Positions 25,101 to 35,362 of a DNA stretch of 64,000 nucleotides are shown piece after piece. Source of the DNA: Hormiphora californensis (Eukaryota; Animalia; Ctenophora); contig CM035351.1 of assembly GCA_020137815.1 (NCBI GenBank), positions 186,001-250,000 on the forward strand, read 5' to 3'. Both the position numbers and the translations under genes were made by a program. Numbering within the stretch: position 1 is the stretch's first letter; each line of letters starts with the position of its first letter. The notes under the pieces are model-generated. The model did not search any database, was not told where the DNA came from, and saw only the letters and a program-made list of their open reading frames with translations.

Positions 25101-28100
25101 ATAATTTAATATTTTATAGGTGGTAGAGGAGGGATTTGGTGACCGTATAATTTAATATTCTATAGGTGGTAGAGGAGGGATTTGGTGACCGTATAATTTA
25201 ATATTCTATAGGTGGTAGAGGAGGGATTTGGTGACCGTATAATTTAATATTCTATAGGTGGTAAAGGAGGGATTTGGTGACCGTATAATTTAATATTCTA
25301 TAGGTGGTAGAGGAGGGATTTGGTGACCGTATAATTTAATATTCTATAGGTGGTAGAGGGGGGATTTGGTGACCGTATAATTTAATATTCTATAGGTGGT
25401 AGAGGAGGGATTTGGTGACCGTATAATTTAATATTTTATAGGTGGTAGAGGAGGGATTTGGTGACCGTATAATTTAATATTCTATAGGTGGTAAAGGAGG
25501 GATTTGGTGACCGTATAATTTAATATTCTATAGGTGGTAGAGGAGGGATTTGGTGACCGTATAATTTAATATTCTATAGGTGGTAGAGGAGGGATTTGGT
25601 GACCGTATAATTTAATATTCTATAGGTGGTAGAGGAGGGATTTGGTGACCGTATAATTTAATATTCTATAGGTGGTAGAGGAGGGATTTGGTGACCGTAT
25701 AATTTAATATTATATAGGTGGTAGAGGAGGGATTTGGTGACCGTATAATTTAATATTCTATAGGTGGTTGAGGAGGGATTTGGTGACCTGCCGTCAGGAG
25801 GAGGTTTTCCTAGCAGCGTGCAATCCCTGACAAGTCTAACAGAGTATCTGACAGCTATCATATTCAACGGATCCGTCTACCATGCTGCAGTAAACTTCCA
25901 GGTTACACAATACATGTACATGATTTATATACCGGGGGGGGGGGATGAACACATAAGGTGTGATGTATAGTAAATTTAGAAATGTAGGATAGCACATAAT
26001 TAACAACTGCCACCCCTAGACATTAACATGGGGAGGATATGTACCAAATTGGCCAGGATGTATGAGGGGTCTACCCATCAAGCCTGGGGAGAGGATTGTT
26101 ACTGAGGAAGACATACTTGATCGCCTACCCTCTAAGCAGGTAAAATGTAGCTAGAGATGCTAATACATGATATAGATTAAGTGGAATGCATGTAGTGGAA
26201 AAGGAGACGACACATTTACTAAAAGTAACCCCTCCCCCTTCAGGTATCATTACTAAAAGTAACCCCTCCCTGTTCAGGTATCATTACTAAAAGTAACCCC
26301 TCCCTGTTCAGGTATCATTACTAAAAGTAACCCCTCCCTGTTCAGGTATCATTACTAAAAGTAACCCCCCCTGTTCAGGTATCATTACTAAAAGTAACCC
26401 CCCCTGTTCAGGTATCATTACTAAAAGTAACCCCTCCCTCTACAGGTATCATTACTAAAAGGGTGTGCGGACTCTAGTGCTACACTCTAAGTCTACAGTG
26501 GACTCTATATCTAAATTTAGATTTAGATAAAGAGTCCAAATAATTCTAAACTCTAGGAGGACTCTTTATCTAAAAAATCTACACAGAGCGGACTCTTTAT
26601 CTAAAAAGTCTAAACAAAGTGGACTCTATATCTACATAAATCTAAATTAGATATAGAGTCCACCTTTCGCCGCGAACTCGAGATTTCGGCCGTTAGGCCG
26701 GAAACGAGAGTTTGCTCTACCCCTATACTAATTTAGAAGTGTTAGGGCCGTTATTTGGGTTCGAGGTTAGGGTTAGGGTTAGGGTTAGGGTTAGGTTTTG
26801 GGTTGGGTTAGGATTTTAGACATAGAGTCCGGGTTGGAGGATTTGGCGCCAAAATGTACTAGAGGACTCTATATCTAAAAATTCTACACAGGGCGGACTC
26901 TTTATCTAAAAAGTCTACACAGGGAGGACTCTTTATCTAAACTTTTTTCAAAGTCTAACTGTAGATAAAGAGTCCGTTTTTAGATATAGAGTCCGCCTTG
27001 GATTTAGATAAAGAGTCCGTTAGCACTAGAGTCCGCCCACCTACTAAAAGTAACCCCCCCCCCCTGTTCAGGTATCATTACTAAAAGTAACCCCCCCTCC
27101 CTGTTCAGGTATCATTACTAAAAGTAACCCCTCCCCTGTTCAGGTATCATTACTAATTAAGTAACCCCTCCCCTGTTCAGGTATCATTACTAAAAGTAAC
27201 CCCCCCCCCCTGTTCAGGTATCATTACTAAAAGTAACCCCCCTCCCTGTTCAGGTATCATTACTAAAAGTAACCCCTCCCTCTTCAGGTATCATTACTAA
27301 AAGTAACCCCCCTCCCTCTTCAGGTATCATTACTAAAAGTAACCCCTCCCTGTTCAGGTATCATTACTAAAAGTAACCCCTCCCCCTTCAGGTATCATTA
27401 CTAAAAGTAACCCCTCCCTGTTCAGGTATCATTACTAAAAGTAACTCCCCCCTGTTCAGGTATCATTACTAAAAGTAACCCCCCCCCCCCTGTTCAGGTA
27501 TCATTACTAAAAGTAACTCCCCCCCCCCCTGTTCAGGTATCATTACTAAAAGTAACCCCTCCCTGTTCAGGTATCATTACTAAAAGTAACCCCCCTCCCT
27601 GTTCAGGTATCATTACTAAAAGTAACCCCTCCCTGTTCAGGTATCATTACTAAAAGTAACCCCTCCCTGTTCAGGTATCATTACTAAAAGTAACCCCCCC
27701 CCCCCTCTTCAGGTATCATTACTAAAAGTAACCCCTCCCCCTTCAGGTATCATTACTAAAAGTAACCCCTCCCTGTTCAGGTATCATTACTAAAAGTAAC
27801 CCCCCCCCCCCTGTTCAGGTATCATTACTAAAAGTAACCCCTCCCTGTTCAGGTATCATTACTAAAAGTAACCCCCCCCCCCTGTTCAGGTATCATTACT
27901 AAAAGTAACCCCTCCCTCTTCAGGTATCATTACTAATTAAGTAACCCCTCCCTGTTCAGGTATCATTACTAAAAGTAACCCCTCCCTGTTCAGGTATCAT
28001 TACTAAAAGTAACCCCCCCCTCTTCAGGTATCATTACTAAAAGTAACCCCTCCCCCTCTTCAGGTATCATTACTAAAAGTAACCCCTCCCTGTTCAGGTA

Positions 28101-29582
28101 TCATTACTAAAAGTAACCCCTCCCCCCCCCCTGTTCAGGTATCATTACTAAAAGTAACCCCTCCCCTGTTCAGGTATCATTACTAAAAGTAACCCCCCCC
28201 CCCTCTTCAGGTATCATTACTAAAAGTAACCCCCCCCCCTGTTCAGGTATCATTACTAAAAGTAACCCCTCCCTCTTCAGGTATCATTACTAAAAGTAAC
28301 CCCCCCCCCCTCTTCAGGTATCATTACTAAAAGTAACCCCTCCCTCTACAGGTATCATTACTAAAAGTAACCCCTCCCTGTTCAGGTATCATTACTAAAA
28401 GTAACCCCTCCCTCTTCAGGTATCATTACTAAAAGTAACCCCCCCCCCCCTGTTCAGGTATCATTACTAAAAGTAACCCCTCCCTGTTCAGGTATCATTA
28501 CTAAAAGTACCCCCTCCCCCTGTTCAGGTATCATTACTAAAAGTAACCCCCCCCCCCCTCTTCAGGTATCATTACTAAAGCTAACCCCTCCCTGTTCAGG
28601 TATCATTACTAAAAGTAACCCCTCCCCTCTTCAGGTATCATTACTAAAAGTAACCCCTCCCTGTTCAGGTATCATTACTAAAAGTAACCCCTCCCTCTTC
28701 AGGTATCATTACTAAAAGTAACCCCTCCCTCTACAGGTATCATTACTAAAAGTAACCCCTCCCCTGTTCAGGTATCATTACTAAAAGTAACCCCTCCCTG
28801 TTCAGGTATCATTACTAAAAGTAACCCCTCCCTGTTCAGGTATCATTACTAAAAGTAACCCCCCTCCCCCTGTTCAGGTATCATTACTAAAAGTAACTCC
28901 CCCCTGTTCAGGTATCATTACTAAAAGTAACCCCCCCCCTGTTCAGGTATCATTACTAAAAGTAACTCCCCCCTGTTCAGGTATCATTACTAAAAGTAAC
29001 CCCCCCCCCCCCTCTTCAGGTATCATTACTAAAAGTAACCCCCCTCCCTGTTCAGGTATCATTACTAAAAGTAACCCCTCCCTCTTCAGGTATCATTTAT
29101 TCAAGCCCACATCTCGTACTTTCTTGGCTCCTTTTCCCCGATCGAAGTATTCTATTTACCAACTCACTCTCTCAACAGGAAAGGTAGTATGACACAGCTG
29201 ATACATTATAATATTTTGAATGAGACAGCTGATACATTGTATATTTTGAATGAGACAGCTGATATAATATTTTGTAATTAATATGCTGCCCTGAACATGT
29301 TATGATTTGACACACGATATAATAGTGGTGTGTGTACACTGTACAACCCAGAGTATGCTGCCCTGAATATGTTATGATTTGACACACGATATAATAGTGG
29401 TGTATGTTACAGGGATAGCAAACGAGAGTAATCTGGTGGACTGCAGACACCTGGGCTACCAAGATGAAATGTTAGCCCAACTAACTGAGCTATCTGAAAA
29501 GATCAAAGAACGAAACATGACTCGAGAATTGAAATATGATGTGTTATGCCCCCGAAATGTGCCTCTAACTACTCAGTCATAG
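12174..29582 (+). CDS. Lipoxygenase (animal ALOX-like); N-terminal/central exons are missing from the assembly
   Basis: Exons 15790-15936 (SHYCRGH...CHPVLRLLRPH), 16605-16731 (ARTFLVS), 16833-17011 (ERGV..YLYRDD), 25764-25901 (SVYHAAVNFQ; second copy 18922-19059), 26020-26139 (GYVPNWP), 29090-29183, 29413-29582 (IKERN..YDVLCPRNVPLTTQS*), all phase-compatible. Tentative first exon 12174-12286 has PLAT-like YSILIHTGS. Confidence 0.88.
12372..12466. mobile_element. Palindromic MITE-like hairpin in an intron
   Basis: TCCTGATAAGATAGAGACTTGAAATTTGGAGGTT ... AACCTCCAAATTTCAAGTCTCTATCTCATCAGGA, about 34-bp arms. Confidence 0.6.
13101..14090 (+). mobile_element. LINE ORF1-like protein (coiled coil + RRM-like + CTD) with no ORF2, in the lipoxygenase intron
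   Basis: DRSKNLMIFGLPE...RLG...RPVKVTL...VYIEPDRSFEER motif series typical of non-LTR ORF1; homologous to 41014-42009. The first ~30 codons are a CT microsatellite, so the start is uncertain. Confidence 0.75.
14390..15801 (+). repeat. 32-37-bp minisatellite (~40 copies) spanning a lipoxygenase acceptor: TACTACCTCTCTCCTCCCAG|GTGTATGCCCTT
   Basis: The last copy continues into exon 15790-15936; the first ~350 bp is degraded or noisy. Confidence 0.93.
16196..16613 (+). repeat. ~55-60-bp minisatellite (~8 copies) spanning a lipoxygenase acceptor: TCCAAATAATGATATACATAATATATTTGCAG|GCGAGAACC(C)n
   Basis: The last copy reads into exon 16605 (GCG AGA ACC TTT CTA GTT = ARTFLV). Confidence 0.88.
17720..18907. 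mobile_element. ~1.2-kb non-autonomous DNA element (Helentron-associated-like end hairpin) with a terminal foldback at 18671-18907
   Basis: Splits GTGACCGTATAATT / TAATATTCTATAG. Hairpin GCGCTGGCAAGCGC plus AAAGGTGGCCC at the left end (similar end at 16151-16180). About 55-bp inverted repeats flanked by TTAA at 18667-18911. Confidence 0.6.
19338..19437. other. Scaffold gap (100 N)
   Basis: Run of 100 n. Confidence 1.
19438..25787 (+). repeat. 46-bp minisatellite (~135 copies, open-ended at the gap) spanning a lipoxygenase acceptor: GTATAATTTAATATTCTATAG|GTGGTAGAGGAGGGATTTGGTGACC
   Basis: Period is 46 bp; the last copy continues into exon 25764-25901; the first ~1.2 kb is noisy. Confidence 0.96.
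26214..29097 (+). repeat. ~34-bp minisatellite (~65 copies, variable C run) spanning a lipoxygenase acceptor: ACTAAAAGTAACCCCTCCCTGTTCAG|GTATCATT
   Basis: The last copy continues into exon 29090-29183; interrupted by a MITE at 26462-27041. Confidence 0.94.
26462..27041. mobile_element. Mutator-like foldback MITE with a 9-bp TSD and an internal (TTAGGG)n tract
   Basis: TIR GGTGTGCGGACTCTAGTGCTA / TAGCACTAGAGTCCGCCCACC; TSD TACTAAAAG at 26453-26461 and 27042-27050; internal GGACTCT(A/T)TATCTAAA subrepeats; TTAGGG repeats at about 26766-26794. Confidence 0.85.
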
Positions 29583-30164
29583 AACTCTGATCCGGCTAAT
29601 AATTGAAACTATAAGCGATTCTCTACTATAATTCTCTAGTACATGTCCTAAAAATAGTACTGTCCCTCCAATATAAGAGCAGCTCTTGTAGGAAACATGA
29701 ATATATTCAAAACTCATACATAACAAGAGAGTAGCAAAGGAGAGACAAGGGGTTTCAAAACTCATTCGATACATAATAAGAGAGTAGCAACGGAGAGACA
29801 AGGGGTTTGTAAATAGTTATATATATGCGAATAGTTATTTTAATATGTAGTACTTTTCTTGGAACTGCGATTCCGAGAAATGTAGTTTTCTTGAGCATAG
29901 AATGTTCGAAGTATATTTCCCAGAAAAATCAATTATTTTACCTACATATATAAGCTATAACCTTCTTTAAAGATTAAACCTAAATGACCTAAATAACGGC
30001 ATTTTAAAACACGGATTTTAGTAAAACCACAAACTCACTCTCTCGGTAGTGGGTGCCATCACACAGCTACATAACTCATAGTTTACTCAACTTATAGGCT
30101 TCACAGACATGAGGCCAAGAAGATATACTTGTTTGATAGTCATATCGTATCATGAGCCCCCCAG

Positions 30165-32170
30165 AATCCCCCGGATTTATTGACTGGAGGAGAATCCCCC
30201 AGCCCGGGATAATTTACTGGAGGAGCATCCCCCAGCCCGGGATAATTTACTGGAGGAGAATCCCCCAGCCCGGGATGTTAACTGGAGGAGAATCCCCCAG
30301 CCCGGGATGTTAACTGGAGGAGAATCCCCCAGCCGGGATGTTAACTGGAGGAGAATCCCCCAGCCCGGGATAATTTACTGGAGGAGAATCCCCCAGCCCG
30401 GGATGTTTACTGGAGGAGAATCCCCCAGCCCGGGATGTTAACTGGAGGAGAATCCCCCAGCCCGGGATAATTTACTGGAGGAGAATCCCCCAGCCCGGGA
30501 TAATTTACTGGAGGAGCATCCCCCAGCCCGGGATGTTTGCTGGAGGAGAATCCCCCAGCCCGGGATAATTGACTGGAGGAGAATCCCCCAGCCCGGGATA
30601 ATTTACTGGAGGAGAATCCCCCAGTCCGGGATGTTTACTGGAGGAGAATCCCCCAGCCCGGGATGTTGACTGGAGGAGAATCCCCCAGCCCGGGATAATT
30701 TACTGGAGGAGAATCCCCCAGCCCGGGATGTTGACTGGAGGAGAATCCCCCAGCCCGGGATAATTTACTGGAGGAGAATCCCCCAGCCCGGGATGTTTAC
30801 TGGAGGAGAATCCCCCAGCCCGGGATAATTTACTGGAGGAGAATCCCCCAGTCCGGGATGTTTACTGGAGGAGAATCCCCCAGCCCGGGATGTTGACTGG
30901 AGGAGAATCCCCCAGCCCGGGATGTTTACTGGAGGAGAATCCCCCAGTCCGGGATGTTGACTGGAGGAGAATCCCCCAGCCCGGGATAATTTACTGGAGG
31001 AGAATCCCCCAGCCCGGGATGTTGACTGGAGGAGAATCCCCCAGCCCGGGATGTTTACTGGAGGAGAATCCCCCAGCCCGGGATAATTTACTGGAGGAGA
31101 ATCCCCCAGCCCGGGATGTTAACTGGAGGAGAATCCCCCAGCCCGGGATGTTTGCTGGAGGAGAATCCCCCAGCCCGGGATGTTTACTGGAGGAGAATCC
31201 CCCAGCCCGGGATAATTTACTGGATGAGAATCCCCCAGCCCGGGATAATTTACTGGAGGAGAATCCCCCAGCCCGGGATGTTGACTGGAGGAGAATCCCC
31301 CAGCCGGGATGTTTACTGGAGGAGAATCCCCCAGCCCGGGATAATTTACTGGAGGAGAATCCCCCAGCCCGGGATAATTTACTGGAGGAGAATCCCCCAG
31401 CCGGGATGTTTACTGGAGGAGCATCCCCCAGCCCGGGATAATTGACTGGAGGAGAATCCCCCAGCCCGGGATAATTTACTGGAGGAGAATCCCCAGCCCG
31501 GGATGTTTACTGGAGGAGCATCCCCCAGCCCGGGATAATTAACTGGATGAGAATCCCCCAGCCCGGGATAATTGACTGGAGGAGAATCCCCCAGCCCGGG
31601 ATAATTTACTGGAGGAGAATCCCCCAGCCCGGGATGTTGACTGGAGGAGAATCCCCCAGCCCGGGATGTTTACTGGAGGAGAATCCCCCAGCCCGGGATG
31701 TTTACTGGAGGAGAATCCCCCAGCCCGGGATGTTAACTGGAGGAGAATCCCCCAGCCCGGGATGTTAACTGGAGGAGAATCCCCCAGCCCGGGATAATTG
31801 ACTGGAGGAGAATCCCCCAGCCCGGGATGTTTACTGGAGGAGAATCCCCCAGCCCGGGATAATTTACTGGAGGAGAATCCCCCAGCCCGGGATGTTGACT
31901 GGAGGAGAATCCCCCAGCCCGGGATAATTTACTGGAGGAGCATCCCCCAGCCCGGGATAATTAACTGGATGAGAATCCCCCAGCCCGGGATAATTGACTG
32001 GAGGAGAATCCCCCAGCCCGGGATAATTGACTGGAGGAGAATCCCCCAGCCCGGGATGTTTGCTGGAGGAGAATCCCCCAGCCCGGATAATTGACTGGAG
32101 GAGAATCCCCCAGCCCGGGATGTTAACTGGAGGAGAATCCCCCAGCCCGGGATGTTAACTGGAGGAGCAT
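30165..32170. repeat. 32/33-bp minisatellite (~60 copies) ACTGGAGGAGAATCCCCCAGCCCGGGAT(AATT/GTT)N
   Basis: Tandem array with a constant 28-bp core and a variable 4-5-nt linker. Confidence 0.93.
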
Positions 32171-32216
32171 CAGCGAGCAGGTTGTGTTGCTACTACAGTA
32201 GTAAGGAGGTCGCTCC

Positions 32217-33212
<996 letters not shown>

Positions 33213-34192
33213 GGAGTAAATATGAATAACACACAGTGAAACAGCATTGCCACTTCATATCTCTCTCAGAGACGTCATACTCTTTCTAACTAATCAGACG
33301 CAATGCAACCAATCACTGTGTGTGTGTGTGGGAAAATAAAACAGGGATGTGTGTGATATAAGAAAGATAGAGCGAGAGAGAGATAAAGGAATAAGGTGAT
33401 ATGAATTGGAATGTAAGCGGTAAGTTGAGAAGTGGTAGGTATAAGAGAGGGGAGGGTACAAGAATGAGGGGGATATAATTGTGTAGAAACAATAAAAACT
33501 CACCGATTAGATGTTCCTCAGTTAATTCAATCATTGCTAATAGGGATAATAATAGGGATTAATGGAACAATAATAGGGATTAATGGAACAATAATAGGGA
33601 TTAATGGAACAATGGTTTGGTCATAGAGCGGTAATAAAGGAAGGAGATTCGTAACCAAGTGAAACAGAAGGTGAAGGAGAGGTTATTTCGTAACCAAGGA
33701 GACCAAGGAGAGGTTATTTCGTAACCAAGGAGACAGGGAAGGGGATTAAACAACTAAGGTGTTCGATACAAACAAATGAATACCAAAAACACGAGAAACG
33801 AAGCCGGCCATTATAGTGTTTAGCGCCTTTATAGCGGATTAAATAGCGCCGTTATCAAGATCACTAACGATTTAATGTCTCACACAGTCTCTCTCTCTGT
33901 CACATCAATCAACCGATAAACACGAACCTTCACGAACCTACACAAACCTACATAGATACCTGTCACGATAATTACTGATCAGTATAAACAAGTTGTGATA
34001 TTTCTCGTAGAACCTGCCACTCGCGAACCAAATTAGCTAATAACAAACACACAAACAGGACAAACAGACAAACAGACAAACAAACAAACACACACACAAA
34101 CAAACACAAACAAGTGTAGTCCCACAGTCCATGGCCCCTAGTCCAGCCCTCCAAGAGCTAGATCTACTACCTATTATAAAACAGCAGCTGTT

Positions 34193-34713
34193 CTACATAA
34201 CCGCACAGTTCTTGTCGCGTGTCCCAGTTGTAACGCCCATCTCTTGGTCAATCCTGTTGATGATCAGCTCAAATATCTCCTTGACATTATCGTTATTCTT
34301 GGCTGAGGTCTCAATAAAGTCACAGTGCCAATCAGCTGCCTTCTTCTTGCCCTGAGAGAGGAAGAACATTCAACAACTCACACAACGTAACAACTAACAT
34401 GTAATAAAAGGGTGGTCTCATTATAAAGGAGGATGTTTGAGAACAAAAAGAATGTCTCGTCATGTTGTTAGATGGTTGACTGTTGAGGAAGTTCCAATGG
34501 CTTTTTGATAATGACCACCCCCACCCCCCTCCCCGGTAAAAATCAGGTTGGCCCCGGGGCGCTTGCCAGCGCTGTAAACAAACTCACCTGTTCAGTGGGG
34601 ATAACTCTCCTAGAGTGGAGATCTTTTTGGTTGCCGACAAGGACAATGGGCACGTGGTTCATGATACTTTCACCCTTCAAATCCAACAACTTGTCCATGA
34701 TCACCTCACACAC

Positions 34714-34796
<83 letters not shown>

Positions 34797-35285
34797 CGAG
34801 AGAGAGGGGGGGAGAGACACACTGAGATTGTAAGAGACTGCACTGGGGGATGACAATGGACTGGTAGGATAGTAGACAAGTGCTATATCTGGAGAACAGC
34901 TGCTGCTACCGGTGCCTGGCCACTGTCAAGTAAGGTCTTCTTCTACCCGTGACTGGGTCACCCTTACTACTATTACTATTTAGTAGTGGCTCAGCCTTGT
35001 TATGGGGTAGTTGTGGGAATTGGACCGGTCATTTCACATGTTATTACCACACAGGTATGTTTCTTGTTTTGTTCCCCGGGGAGGGAGGCCGAGGGTCGAA
35101 CAAGGTAAGGTATTTCTTGACAATCTCTCAACATTTCTTATCATTCCCTACCGCTCTTTATTTTATTATTTGTCTAATCTGTCTTGCTGTCTCTTTCCCC
35201 GGCCTCTCTCTCTCTCCCTTCATTTTCCATCATCCCCTGTGTTCCATGATGTTAATTGTTAGCTTCACTGGTCATGTTGAGAGGA

Positions 35286-35362
<77 letters not shown>

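Noticed and set aside
26766-26794. Chromosome-end or fusion telomere
   Set aside because: Only 4-5 TTAGGG units, located inside a TSD-flanked MITE.
30165-32170. CRISPR-like appearance (hairpin repeat with variable linker)
   Set aside because: Linkers are 4-5 nt and recurrent rather than unique spacers; eukaryotic context; no cas genes.
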